Of a DNA stretch of 64,000 bases, positions 31,742 through 42,890 are shown piece after piece. Each line of letters starts with the position of its first letter. Position 1 is the stretch's first letter. The translations under genes and the position numbers were made by a program. The notes beneath the pieces are model-generated. The model was given only the letters and a program-made list of their open reading frames with translations. It was not told where the DNA came from and did not search any database. This DNA comes from a virus (Duplodnaviria > Caudoviricetes), in the IMG/VR virus record IMGVR_UViG_3300028833_005988, positions 16,004 to 80,003 of that record. One strand, written 5' to 3'.

Positions 31742-32701
31742 ATGCGCATGGAGAAAACCTGGAAGTATATGAATCTTTCGCTCAACCCGGAAGAATTGCT
31801 CACCAAAGATGAACTGATCGAAATGATTCGGAACGGCGGCGGGACTGACGCAGCGCTTGCAGTACTGCGTGAAAAACAGCATGAACAGTACGGGAACGAG
31901 CTGATCTGGCGTTATCCCATCAGCACGGGCGAATCGGCGGGTGGTTTCATTATGCCCGTGCGGAAAGGCATCCTCTGGATTCCGTATGATGAAATGGATA
32001 AGGAGGAAGGAGAAATCCTCCTGGTGGACAATGCGGAATTGCTTTCCGAGGATGTCTGCGAAATCATGGCAGAGGATTATATGTCTTACGCAAAAGAACT
32101 CTGCGATGTGCTGAACCAATCCGCTGCCATCACCCATCAGGTGCAGCTGGCTCAGATCGTCCGTGAAACGATGGAGCTGGGCTCCTTTGAAATGGTTTCC
32201 GGTAAGCTGGCTGTTTCTGATCCCTGCTATGATCCGGATGTGTGGTGCCGCGGAGAGCTCACCAATGCCGCGAATGGCATCTGGAATGCCTCAATCGTTA
32301 CACATAACTGCGGAGAATGGGGGCAGCGCGTCGCCAAACTGACCATTGCACATGAATCGTATGATGAATCGCAGAACCTGACCCGGCAGAAAGCGCCCTT
32401 TGAGGTTGGCGTTGACAGCGGCCAGGCCGGGTTCTTTGATGTCGCGCACTATCAGGATTCCTCCGTCATTCCCGACGCGAAGCCTGTCCCTGCGGACGAT
32501 CCGTCCGAGCCGTGGTACCTATTTTGCTGCGATATTACGCTTTCATCCATTCGCGCCGGGGTACTGCCTTTTGGTGTGGTCTCCTCCAGCGGATACGGCG
32601 ATGGCGGCTACGACTGCTTCTATTATACCAATGACGCCGGCGTCATCGTCAAGGCGGAAATCGTGTTTCTGCCGGAAGAAGAGGAGCTTTGCCATGAGTA
32701 A
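31742..32701 (+). CDS. DUF4241-like domain protein
   Basis: SGKLAVSDP, VGVDSGQAGFFD, SSSGYGDGGY motifs. Confidence 0.7.
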   Translation: MRMEKTWKYMNLSLNPEELLTKDELIEMIRNGGGTDAALAVLREKQHEQYGNELIWRYPISTGESAGGFIMPVRKGILWIPYDEMDKEEGEILLVDNAELLSEDVCEIMAEDYMSYAKELCDVLNQSAAITHQVQLAQIVRETMELGSFEMVSGKLAVSDPCYDPDVWCRGELTNAANGIWNASIVTHNCGEWGQRVAKLTIAHESYDESQNLTRQKAPFEVGVDSGQAGFFDVAHYQDSSVIPDAKPVPADDPSEPWYLFCCDITLSSIRAGVLPFGVVSSSGYGDGGYDCFYYTNDAGVIVKAEIVFLPEEEELCHE

Positions 32702-33280
32702 TATCGTTTCAGTACAGTTTACCCGCTTTCAGGATCTGGACAGCGATGGAAACCCGGATGGAAAGCCTACCCTGGGCTACCGCATCTATGATGATTACGG
32801 CGTTGACTATAACAACTGCTATGACTCCATCGAAGAAATGCACGAAGCCGGTCTGACGCCGGAGGGCATCTTCCGGTTCATTGACGAGAATCATGATCCC
32901 TTCTGTATGACCGCACTGGAGCGCGGTGTACTCTTGAATGGGCAGTATATTTCGCCCAAGGAAACTGGGAATCAGGAGGTGCCGCCTTGCTGACTGTGAA
33001 ACAGTTGCTCTCGCTGTTCGATCCTAACAACGATCTGCAAATCAATCTGGTGAGAAATGATAACAGCACGGTATTCGTTCCCTTTTCACACTTTATGCTG
33101 GAACGAAAAGGCTTTGATTTTTACCTGAATGCCACAGTCAAAGCGCTGAAAATGGAGCAGCATGAAGTGGACGGAAGGGCAATCCCCCTGCTGATCATTG
33201 AATGCCGATTTGGAAAGCACTGTCCATATGAAACGGGCGGAAGTGGACAATATGCCTGTTTATTATGCCGTTCAGGTTGA
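32694..33280 (+). other. Two small hypothetical CDSs: 32694-32993, 32987-33280
   Basis: Overlapping ORFs with RBS. Confidence 0.6.
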
Positions 33281-33731
33281 GCAAGCTCAGATGGACGTCA
33301 TGGCTTTACCCTGTTGATCAAGCTGTATTCTATAGAAGGTGGCTGAACCGAAGATGAGATTAAACAGATCATGCCCACCTTCAAATTCTATGATGAAATA
33401 AGAGAGCCGCTTCGAATTCATGAGATACTTGGGCAGAAAAAGTTAGCGATGGCTGGCAGGACGACGAAGATGGGAATCGCTACAAGGAAATTGAGTATCA
33501 GATGACCACTCTGAAAAATCTATCTGTGTTGGTTTATTCTACGCCTGATATAACCAGTGACACTACAGAACCTCTTTGGAAGGACTCCATTGTGTTGTTT
33601 TCCGATGATCCAGCCGATATGACTGATAAAAAACAATACAAGGAGACATCGGTTCACACAAGCCCATGTCTCCATATTTTAGCAGAAAATAATCAATGTA
33701 TAAATAAAGAAATATTGAATCTGCGCCTTGG

Positions 33732-34289
33732 TTAAAAATCCTGCTTTACGTTTGTTGATAATAATACTGATGCAAGACGAAAGTGCTTTTTTTTACTCAA
33801 TGGTCGACATTCAACAATTTGTACATAATCACCAATCCTTGCAACCTCATTTTCATCATGTACAAGATAGTTTTTTGATCTTTTAATTTGTTTATTATAC
33901 TTTGGATGGGTAAGGTAGTATCCGTTTTTCACCTTTATTGTCTTCTCCCCTGAAATATTTACAACAAGTCCTTCAAGCACTTTTCTCTTGTTTCTAATCT
34001 TTAAAGTAAACTCTGCTCCTGGAAGAGGAAGAGTGGGTACATGAATTATCACTGAATGAAAGGCAAGATAATCAATCCATGTTTTTACCATGCGATCCAG
34101 TTCATAATATTCATTTTGAGAAAGCCTATCATATTGATTATAAAAACTTACTGTGTTAAAAAAATTAGCTATTTCGGGAACCATTATCTTTTTTCTATCC
34201 TCGATGTTAAGGCTGACAAGCGATTTAGCCTTATGTAATAGACGTCTATGAATAAGGCTAAAATCTTTAAAACCCATAAAGCACCTCAC
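33732..34289 (-). CDS. rpsQ: Ribosomal protein uS17-like domain fused to a ~95-aa unknown N-terminal domain
   Basis: C-terminal RKVLEGLVV...KTIKV...HPKYNKQIKRSKNYLVHDENEVARIGDYVQIVECRPLSKKKHFRL; lies outside any ribosomal operon. Confidence 0.8.
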   Translation of the reverse strand: MRCFMGFKDFSLIHRRLLHKAKSLVSLNIEDRKKIMVPEIANFFNTVSFYNQYDRLSQNEYYELDRMVKTWIDYLAFHSVIIHVPTLPLPGAEFTLKIRNKRKVLEGLVVNISGEKTIKVKNGYYLTHPKYNKQIKRSKNYLVHDENEVARIGDYVQIVECRPLSKKKHFRLASVLLSTNVKQDF

Positions 34290-34996
34290 TTTACTCTTTG
34301 TTCTATTTCCGAAACAATACGAATATAAATATCCAATAAGGCCATTACAGCTCCATCAGAGTATGTCAACATATTGTCAACTGCATTCACATATAGTGGA
34401 CGATTTTCAACAATAAAGTGAACGCTTTTAGCATCCCACAAATTCTTTGTATTATACTCTTCAATTGTATCAAAAAATTCGCAAAATCTTTGATGGAGGC
34501 TTAAAGCGTTATCAAGTGCGTTATTTATTGTTCGACAATGCAAAGACAGTTCACTGAAAATCCCTCCTTTGCTATTTAGCTCTTCATAATCAGCTTTTGT
34601 AGCTTTTCTTCTTTCGGAAATGGTTTTAAGTGTGTCTGTTGCCGTCTCTAAACGTTGCTCTATATCTGTTAAAGCTGACATCATTGTCGGTTCCTGAAAT
34701 AATTGTTTTAAAGTACCAGGCGCAATGTTATCTTCAGGCTTTTGATGACCATTTCCGTCAGAAACAGTTTCATATAGTCTTAAAAATGGAGTGTGTAAAG
34801 AAGAATACACCATATGCAAATCTTTCCAGGCTTTAGCTGGATTTCTTATAAATATTAGAGATTGAAAAGTATTATTTATCTCCTGTATTTCCTTGCGATT
34901 TGCGGATACTATTCTTTTATTTACAATATCAATTGTCTGCAGGGAGAATCCTAATATTGATGCAACTGAACCAACAGCGTTAATGAGCCCATTCAT
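34286..34996 (-). CDS. Hypothetical helical protein in AT-rich insert
   Basis: 236-aa ORF with RBS AAGGAG; stop overlaps start of the S17-like gene. Confidence 0.75.
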   Translation of the reverse strand: MNGLINAVGSVASILGFSLQTIDIVNKRIVSANRKEIQEINNTFQSLIFIRNPAKAWKDLHMVYSSLHTPFLRLYETVSDGNGHQKPEDNIAPGTLKQLFQEPTMMSALTDIEQRLETATDTLKTISERRKATKADYEELNSKGGIFSELSLHCRTINNALDNALSLHQRFCEFFDTIEEYNTKNLWDAKSVHFIVENRPLYVNAVDNMLTYSDGAVMALLDIYIRIVSEIEQRVK

Positions 34997-35223
34997 AAAG
35001 GTCGTCTCCTTTTTTTATAGAAAAATTTGCTTTTCCGATTAATATAGTGCGAATAAATACAAAATGGCACTAAATTTGAAAAAAAAGAATTGATGGGAGT
35101 ACATTTTGAGTACACTTTACATGCAAGCTACAAAAAACAGAGAAAACTGCAAATAAACAATCAAAATATGGCGGATGCACTATTTAATATGTGGGTATCA
35201 GAAACATTTTTTGAGATGGAGGG

Positions 35224-36159
35224 ATGAATATGGGGAAACGGACAAGCTATGAGTTATTCGGCTGGGCACCTTCCGGCAGCGGGTTGCCCACCGATGAGAA
35301 AGAAGCATTGCAGGATCGCGTTATTGATCTTGGTTTTGAAGAATGGGCCAGCAACTGTGACGAGAGCGAAACCTATATTGTAGGTTTTTCCCATGAAAGC
35401 GATTATGCCTACAGTGAAATCCGTGAGGCGCTGTCCCAATATGCTATGCAGCACCCAGAATATCTGCTGGAGCTGCAATATGAGTGCGAGGATGATGAAG
35501 ATCATCACCGCATTCGCTTTATGGACTCCGATATGGAAGAATACGATCAGATTTCCGTTTTTCCGCCCTTTACGCGGTTGACACATTCCAGCGAAAACGA
35601 TGAACTGCCTGTGTTGGCGTTTCATTTCGTCGAAATGGATGGAATGCCGGAAGCCCGTATCCTGGTGCTGACGGAACGGCGGCTGAAGGAACAGGAGATC
35701 GGCGAGCTGGAGGATTCCATTTCATCATATATGGAGAGCACAGCAGCGGTTGACTATGAGCTAGCCGTTCGGGATGTGATGAACGCCACGGATATTGGCT
35801 ACTGGCTGCTCACGCCGCAGACGACCTTTTATATCTGATTCCAGGGCGGGAGATATATGCGATGCAGCTGCGGCAGCACATGGTTTATCGGGCATCAGCT
35901 GATCCGGGCGGACGTGGTGGTGGATGGGAACGGCGAATTTCTGGAGAACTGTGAGCCATTTCTGGAAGCCGCCATCTATGACGCGGAAAAGCCTTACGGC
36001 CCCTTTACCTGTACTGTGTGCGGAAAAGAGTATGAAGAACTGACGGTGGAAAAGGAGGCGTGCCATTGCTTCCGGAGAGCATCATTCCTTCACTATCGGG
36101 GAGCTTCCGATAAAGCCGGACTGACAATCACAGAAGGAGGGATCGCGCATGGGCGCTAA
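35224..36159 (+). other. Two hypothetical CDSs: 35224-35838 and 35857-36159 (Cys-pair, Zn-finger-like)
   Basis: ORFs with RBS; CSCG and CTVC motifs in the second. Confidence 0.65.
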
Positions 36160-37018
36160 TGTGCATCAGATCGTCACGGATCGCATCCTGGAGGAATTGA
36201 AAAAGGGCCAAATTCCCTGGAAGAAACCCTGGACAGGCGTGCGAACCGGCGCTTACAGCCGTTCGACAGGCAGACCGTATTCAGTGCTGAATCAGCTTCT
36301 GTTGTTCAAGCCTGGGGAATATCTCACTTTCAAACAGGCGATGGAAGCGGGTGGCAGCATCCGCAAGGGAGAAAAGGCCAGCTTTGTGGTCTTTTGGAAA
36401 CCACTTCCTGTGAAGGAGACGAATAAGGACGGCAAGGAAGTCACGAAAATTGTTCCCCTGCTGCGTTACTACCATGTGTTTCACATCGATCAATGTGAAA
36501 ATGTGAAGCCCAAATATACCGAACCCAAGCTGACCTTCGCCGATCCGATCAAAGAAGCCGAGGCCGTGTTGGCTGAATACAGCGGGCGTTCCGGCTGCCG
36601 GATCTATCACCAAAAGCAGGATCGCGCTTACTATTCTCCCGGACTGGACGAAATCCACTTGCCGTTGCGGGAACAGTTTCCCGATATCCGGGAATATTAT
36701 TCCACCGCTTTCCACGAATGCACCCACTCCACCGGCCATGAAAAGCGCCTGAACCGCCTGACTAAAGGCACATTCTTTGGAGACAGCGATTATTCCAAAG
36801 AGGAACTGGTGGCGGAGATCGGTTCCGCTATCCTGATGAACGATCTGGGCATTGAATCGCCCGCCACCTTCCACAACAGCGCCGCCTATATTCAGAACTG
36901 GCTGTCGGCGCTTAAGAACGACAACCGCCTGATCGTTTCTGCCGCGGGCAAAGCGGAAAAGGCAGCCAGATTGATCCTGAATCTGGACACCGACGAACAG
37001 CAGCAGGCAGCCGCCTAA
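36149..37018 (+). CDS. ardC: ArdC-family anti-restriction / ssDNA-binding protein
   Basis: IPWKKPW, TGRPYSVLNQ, YLTFKQA, VFHIDQ, HECTHSTGHEKRLNR, EELVAEIGSA, AYIQNWL motifs. Confidence 0.9.
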   Translation: MGANVHQIVTDRILEELKKGQIPWKKPWTGVRTGAYSRSTGRPYSVLNQLLLFKPGEYLTFKQAMEAGGSIRKGEKASFVVFWKPLPVKETNKDGKEVTKIVPLLRYYHVFHIDQCENVKPKYTEPKLTFADPIKEAEAVLAEYSGRSGCRIYHQKQDRAYYSPGLDEIHLPLREQFPDIREYYSTAFHECTHSTGHEKRLNRLTKGTFFGDSDYSKEELVAEIGSAILMNDLGIESPATFHNSAAYIQNWLSALKNDNRLIVSAAGKAEKAARLILNLDTDEQQQAAA

Positions 37019-37037
37019 CTGAAGGGGATGATGAACA

Positions 37038-37895
37038 ATGTTGGCTGCGCATGAAGCACCCTATACGCTTTTCGTAGAGCAGGATGACTTTCCCATCAAT
37101 CCCAGGAAAGACTGGGAGCCTTTCGGGAAAATGGTTTGCTGGCATAGGCGTTACAGTTTGGGCGACAAGCATGAATATGGGGATCCAGAGGATTTTCTGC
37201 GCGATCTGTATCGCAAAACGGAAGGCGATCATGGTAAACGTCTGATCTCTTTCCTGAAATCTGGCAAAGCGCGCGGGGCCAGGCTGGAATACAATCGACG
37301 CACCCACGAATGGGAATTGTATACCTATTGGTGCCTTCGCACGATCATTGGGGATTCCCAGCCAAGATGGGATCTGGAAAGCTCCGCGCCAAAGAGCCAA
37401 CTGAATGACAATGGCTGGTTCTATGATGATATGCTGAACGCCCTGACCATTGACGATCTGAAGGAACTGCTGGGAGAACGGGAGGACCTGGTCATCCTCC
37501 CGCTTTTTCTCTTTGACCACAGCGGAATTACCATGTCAACCCACGACTTTGGGGATAGGTGGGATTCCGGGCAGGTGGGCTGGATATATGCCGACCGTGA
37601 AATGATAGAAAAGAACTACGGAGCCGTAAACAAAGAAACCGTCAAAAAAGCGGAAGAACTCCTGGAAGGAGAGGTCAAAAGCTACGATATGTATCTCCGG
37701 GGCGAGTGCTACGGGTTCCGCTTGTACAAGGATGATAAGGAGGAGGACTCCTGCTGGGGTTTCCTGTGCGATGTAGACGATATGCTCAAGGAACTTCCCT
37801 CCTACCTGCCGGATCAATGCGCTGGCTTGATTGATAGGCTGGAGGACTGTGACGACAGTGAAGACGATTATCTGTCGGAGCATTTGTCTGCCTGA
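37038..37895 (+). CDS. Hypothetical phage/MGE protein
   Basis: LFLFDHSGITMST...WDSGQVGWI motif; YLRGECYGF. Confidence 0.75.
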   Translation: MLAAHEAPYTLFVEQDDFPINPRKDWEPFGKMVCWHRRYSLGDKHEYGDPEDFLRDLYRKTEGDHGKRLISFLKSGKARGARLEYNRRTHEWELYTYWCLRTIIGDSQPRWDLESSAPKSQLNDNGWFYDDMLNALTIDDLKELLGEREDLVILPLFLFDHSGITMSTHDFGDRWDSGQVGWIYADREMIEKNYGAVNKETVKKAEELLEGEVKSYDMYLRGECYGFRLYKDDKEEDSCWGFLCDVDDMLKELPSYLPDQCAGLIDRLEDCDDSEDDYLSEHLSA

Positions 37896-40091
37896 TTGAG
37901 CCGAAACAACACGAAGGAGGTGCCTATGAAGCTTAACCTTTGTCTCGCTGCCGGAAAGTGCAGCGCTTATGAGGAGCAATTTAACATCCCATTGTTCAAC
38001 GCGGCTGTGCGACTGGCGATTACCACTACAGAAGCGCCCAAACAGGTCTCGCAGGTTCAGGATACTTTATCCGAACTTCCCTGGTACGAGAAGGCGGACA
38101 GCGCGTCGTTCTTTGAGCCTTACAGCATCCGCTATGTGGGAGAACTGCTGGAACGGTACGGAGAAAAACTGGGCGATACGATAGAAAACACCCGTGCCTT
38201 GGCCTTAGCGCTGGCATGGACAGCCCCGATCCTGACGCCCAATATGTTTGTGGGCAAGCAGCGGGCCAGTTTTATGAAGGCAGTCCTGAAGAAAGAAAAG
38301 AATGACATCTATATTGCCGTTTCCCTGTACCTGCTTTCGGAGGGAGAAGAGAAGGAGGAGAGGCTTCAGGCATTGCTGAACCGAACCTACCATCAGACGG
38401 AAGAACTGATCTTCTCCCTTTGTTCTCTGGAACGTATCGAGCCGCATTACGAACAATTCCTTCCGCTTCTGACTGCGCTGTTGGGGAAAGACAGGACGCT
38501 GACAGCAGCGGACAACGGCGGTATCTTCGGCTGGCTGCTGGAACGCTGTGCCAAAGCGATCAAAGGCTGCCGTAAAAAGGACAACGCGCTCATGCGAGCG
38601 CTTTTTGCGCTTGCCAAGGGCTATGTGCGTGAAAAGGACGCTGCCCACACTGCGCTGCTTCAAGCAGGGTATTTCAAGCTGGAAATCCTGTATCTCAATT
38701 CGCTATTCGTGTGGGACAGGAAGCTTCGGTATTATCATGTGATGCCGGATTCTATTCCGGCGGAAAAGCTGGCAGCCACTTTTGTGCTCTCCTGCATGAA
38801 CGCAGCGGAAAAGCCGGACGAACCTTTGCTGGAGTACGCGGCCTGGCTGCTGGAACGCTATCAGACCTTTGAAATCAAATATGAGGCCAACACTGGCATC
38901 CGCATGGCGCTGGCCAGAGTGGTTCATATCGTATGCCCGGAGACCATGATCTGGATGATCCGGGATCTGGAATGGGAAAAAAGCCTTCCCTTTGACGCGC
39001 TGGATGATCGCTGGGATGTATTAGCCAAGGAACTGCCTAAGGAAAAATACCATGAGTTATTCAAGGAGCAGCTGGAGCATCAAAAGGAGCTTACAGCGGA
39101 AACCTTCCGTGCATGGCTTCAAAAATATGAGGCTTTAACCGGCGGCAGTTATCTGGACACATTCCGGCAGTTTTCATACCAGGAGGAAGATATCTTTGAC
39201 GACTGCGTGCGGTTCGGCGCTGTGAACTTGTGGGATTTCTTCAATGAACACAAGGATGAGCAAGACACCAGATACCAGTATTCGCCCTTACGGTATGTCT
39301 GGAATATGGTCTCCGGCGTTAAGAACCGTCCTGCCTTTGATTTCTGGCAGACGTTCTTTTCAACGTTCGATATGCGGCAGCTTCGTGCCTTCTTTCAGGA
39401 CAAATCCTTCCATGAAGGTTTCTCGTCCGCAGCTCGGGGCATTTATGGGTATTCCAGCCACCAGAAGGAGGCCCGCTATCAGCGGGCTTTCCTTACCCGG
39501 GAAGAAAACCGCAGGTTGTATGAATGGATCGATGAATCGGTTTTCCTGTTCACCCCTTCAGAGTATGACGATATGGTGTTAGCCTTCCTGACCGCCCCGG
39601 AAACCCTGGAACTGTATGACCGGGCTGAATTGCGGCCCATTTTTGACGCCATTCAGGAAAGAAAACCGAATCATTCGGATATCCCCGCTCTGAAAAGGGT
39701 CTTTCTTTCCGCTGAGGAACTGGAAGCGGAGCGTCAGGCGGAGGAGGAGAGAAAACAGCGAAAAAAGCTGGCTGATGCCGAAGCGGAAAAAATCAAAACC
39801 TGCAATGAAATGGATGAGCGCTTTGACGGTACGCTGGAATCTATCGTCAAGTATCTGGACCGCTGCTATTATTCCAGCGCCAAGCGCTACGCTGTCCAAC
39901 ACGCCGTATATCTTTTAGACGGTATTCTCATGAAGCAGCGCGCATTCACCAAAAAAGAATTCGGAATGCTGCTGGAATTGATGGGCACGCTCGTTCAGTA
40001 TGACGAAATGAAACGGGAGGTTGTGCTGAAAACCCTGAACGATGTGACAGTCTCGGAAGAGGAGGATGCGAACCATGCTGATGATGACTGA
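37896..40091 (+). CDS. Large hypothetical helical protein
   Basis: ~720-730 aa uninterrupted ORF. Confidence 0.8.
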   Translation: MSRNNTKEVPMKLNLCLAAGKCSAYEEQFNIPLFNAAVRLAITTTEAPKQVSQVQDTLSELPWYEKADSASFFEPYSIRYVGELLERYGEKLGDTIENTRALALALAWTAPILTPNMFVGKQRASFMKAVLKKEKNDIYIAVSLYLLSEGEEKEERLQALLNRTYHQTEELIFSLCSLERIEPHYEQFLPLLTALLGKDRTLTAADNGGIFGWLLERCAKAIKGCRKKDNALMRALFALAKGYVREKDAAHTALLQAGYFKLEILYLNSLFVWDRKLRYYHVMPDSIPAEKLAATFVLSCMNAAEKPDEPLLEYAAWLLERYQTFEIKYEANTGIRMALARVVHIVCPETMIWMIRDLEWEKSLPFDALDDRWDVLAKELPKEKYHELFKEQLEHQKELTAETFRAWLQKYEALTGGSYLDTFRQFSYQEEDIFDDCVRFGAVNLWDFFNEHKDEQDTRYQYSPLRYVWNMVSGVKNRPAFDFWQTFFSTFDMRQLRAFFQDKSFHEGFSSAARGIYGYSSHQKEARYQRAFLTREENRRLYEWIDESVFLFTPSEYDDMVLAFLTAPETLELYDRAELRPIFDAIQERKPNHSDIPALKRVFLSAEELEAERQAEEERKQRKKLADAEAEKIKTCNEMDERFDGTLESIVKYLDRCYYSSAKRYAVQHAVYLLDGILMKQRAFTKKEFGMLLELMGTLVQYDEMKREVVLKTLNDVTVSEEEDANHADDD

Positions 40092-42501
40092 ACGGATGAA
40101 AACCCTCGGCCAAATGGAACAGAACGGCCTAGCTCTCAAGATGACAGCGGAGTATACAGAGCAGCAAATCAATGCCTGCTGTGGTCAGCTTGAGGATGGC
40201 ACGCTTGATAAAAACGCCTATCAGAACTGCTTCTCCATTCAAGCTGCTCTGATCACCACTCCCGGTTTCCCTGAAAGGCTGCGTTTTCTCTTGGGGAACG
40301 GTGTTTCAGCTCACCAGGTCGATCAATGGCTTTCGACGGCGAAGGAAACAGGCTGCGGGATCATGGATTATTCCTGCCAGGAATTGATCCGCCTGTTTTC
40401 CATGCGTCTGGCCGACATGCGCGGCAAGCAGGAATTTGCCCAGTATTTTTTGCATAGGGGCTGGCCAGAAGATGCGCTTCAGGCCGCAGCGGATAATGTG
40501 ATCGCCTGCTATCAAGAGTTAGAGGGCGGGTTGGCCGCATTATCGGAGGAGGAACAGGAATTGTTTTCCCATCCGTGTCTGGGAGAATATATCAATGGCG
40601 CGGCCTTTTCCGAAGTGCTGCCCAGGCTTGCTGCCCATCCCATCTGCCTATCTCTTCTGGATGCCTTGTGCGCCGATAGGATCGAGATTTCCCTGGATGA
40701 AGCGGACTGGGCAAATCTGTATACTCTCACAGCGGAAATGAAGGAAAAGCTCGAAACGATCCATGCCATCCTTGGCGCCGATGGAGACCGAACGGGCATC
40801 TTCTTCCGGTACTGGCTGGATAACGGCGCCATAGCGGAAGAATTGGAAGCCTTTATCCGCTGGGCTCGGAACAAAACACTAGAGGAAATCGACGCGGCGC
40901 TGGATACCTATCTGGCCTATTTGAATGCGCTGTACGGCAGCTTTGGAAGAGGCATTCCCTTCCGGGAGTTGCACGGCGGCGCGTTTCAACTACTGGCCTA
41001 TGCTTTAACGCATAAGCAGAAAGCCTTCCTGCGCCTGGTTGAAAAAAACTTCGCGCTCTTCCAATCCATTTCTGACCGCTCCATGCTTTTCTATCATGAT
41101 TTCTATTCCAGAACGTGGCTGAACGCCCTGAACCTCAATAATCTTACTGAATGCCAGAAAATCATCGGCGGTAAAAAGAACGGGAACAGGCTGAACCTGC
41201 TCAGCCGGAAGATGTTCACCTTTGATGAACTGAAAACGCTGTTTCAGGCGGAAGAATGTTATATACGGCTGTATGACCTGCTGGACATTGCCCGGACAGA
41301 TGATCGGTTGCTGGCCATCCGGCAGCTGCTCAAGCACGATTTGCTGGATGATGAGATGAACGACGATCAGATCAGCCAACTGGCCCGCCGCCTCTCCGAA
41401 AAGAATCTGATGGACTGGCGGGATCGAGAGTTTGCGCATATCAAGGGACTAACGCTGCGCCTTTGCGTCCGCATCTTGTCCGTATACGATCATGTTAAGC
41501 GGTTCATGCCGGATATACATACCAGCGAAGAAGCGGATTTTATGATTCGCCAGTATGAATCCCTGAAATCATACCAGACATGGGCGGATGTGCTGAAGGA
41601 TATTCAACGCCTGGACAGCGATTGGGCCGTGCTGCGGGAAGCGCTCCAGTTGGATCATGATTTTGTGAACGAACATGAACAGGAGATTATTTCCTTTCTC
41701 TGCAAAGAAGGCGCTGCCATCGCTATGGACTATTCCCGGGGCATCCATGATCCAAAGGGCTTTTATCGGATTGTGCGTGCGCTGCTCATGGGACAGTATG
41801 AACAGGTGAAATATCACAGCGACGATCTCCAGCGGGAACTGTCCTTTTCTATCACGGAGCAGCAGAAGCAGCGGTGGATGGAGAACACGGAAGTCACGCA
41901 GGGAAAAATCCGTGTGGAGGAAAGGGATGATTTCTTTTCCACCATGCGGATCGGCCAGCTTCCCCAGCGCACCTGCCTGAACTATAAAGATGGTGCTTAC
42001 CGCCATTGCCTGCTGGCCTGCTTCGACAGCAACAAAAAAATCCTCTACGCAACCATGGGCGGTAAGCCCGTGGCCAGGGCCATGCTGCGCTTGACCAAAG
42101 GCAGCTTTACCGCGCCGGGAGGAAAGGCAGTCAAATCCCTGGAATTTGCGGACATTCTCCATCCTGACGCAGAAGAGCAGCCGGAAAAGAAAAGCGAAGA
42201 GTTGGTCGTTTTCCTGGAGCGCCTGTACACCAATGGCATTGACGAATTGGCCAAACAGACCGTGCAGAAGCTGTTCGCTGAACTGGCAGCGGAGAAAGCA
42301 AAGGAAATGGGCGCCCGCGTTGTGCTGAGCCATGATTACCGGCCTGTTGCTGCCGATATGTCCTTTACCGCCATGAACTACTATCTCTATATCTCCAAAT
42401 CCAAAGCGGGCGAACAGTATCTGGACAGCTTGGGCGGTTCCCAGGGAACCAGCAAAGAAGGCAGCTATTATAATAATATTTTCATGCTGCAAGCAGCGTA
42501 A
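40066..42501 (+). CDS. Large hypothetical protein (C-terminal PcfJ-like segment, tentative)
   Basis: 811-aa ORF; MRIGQLPQRTCLNY...FDSNKKILY segment. Confidence 0.75.
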   Translation: MRTMLMMTERMKTLGQMEQNGLALKMTAEYTEQQINACCGQLEDGTLDKNAYQNCFSIQAALITTPGFPERLRFLLGNGVSAHQVDQWLSTAKETGCGIMDYSCQELIRLFSMRLADMRGKQEFAQYFLHRGWPEDALQAAADNVIACYQELEGGLAALSEEEQELFSHPCLGEYINGAAFSEVLPRLAAHPICLSLLDALCADRIEISLDEADWANLYTLTAEMKEKLETIHAILGADGDRTGIFFRYWLDNGAIAEELEAFIRWARNKTLEEIDAALDTYLAYLNALYGSFGRGIPFRELHGGAFQLLAYALTHKQKAFLRLVEKNFALFQSISDRSMLFYHDFYSRTWLNALNLNNLTECQKIIGGKKNGNRLNLLSRKMFTFDELKTLFQAEECYIRLYDLLDIARTDDRLLAIRQLLKHDLLDDEMNDDQISQLARRLSEKNLMDWRDREFAHIKGLTLRLCVRILSVYDHVKRFMPDIHTSEEADFMIRQYESLKSYQTWADVLKDIQRLDSDWAVLREALQLDHDFVNEHEQEIISFLCKEGAAIAMDYSRGIHDPKGFYRIVRALLMGQYEQVKYHSDDLQRELSFSITEQQKQRWMENTEVTQGKIRVEERDDFFSTMRIGQLPQRTCLNYKDGAYRHCLLACFDSNKKILYATMGGKPVARAMLRLTKGSFTAPGGKAVKSLEFADILHPDAEEQPEKKSEELVVFLERLYTNGIDELAKQTVQKLFAELAAEKAKEMGARVVLSHDYRPVAADMSFTAMNYYLYISKSKAGEQYLDSLGGSQGTSKEGSYYNNIFMLQAA

Positions 42502-42890
42502 AAGAGGACGAAAGAACAAATGAAACACGAAGATTTTCCAAAAGCATTGAGCAATATTCTGGTTAAGGATGCTTTTAGTATTTAATATGCGCGATGTCAA
42601 GAAAACAATCTATGACGTTTTTTATGGTGATGCTGAATTTCCTGATGAATCAAGTGTTTCAGCTTATCATTGAGAATTTTCGCTTATCTCTATTAAGCGT
42701 AATCCGACAAGAAAAATAGTGTTTCCGATAGGGATACTCAAGGTAGTTGTAACCGCTTTCGGGTTTGCTTCTTGAATTTGCTCTGACATTATTCTCTCCT
42801 ATGATGTTTTGCGATTTCGCTTTCCTCGGAACAAATTTCATATTGACGGATGGTCGGTCAACCGATATAATGAGATTATGGAAGGAAGGG

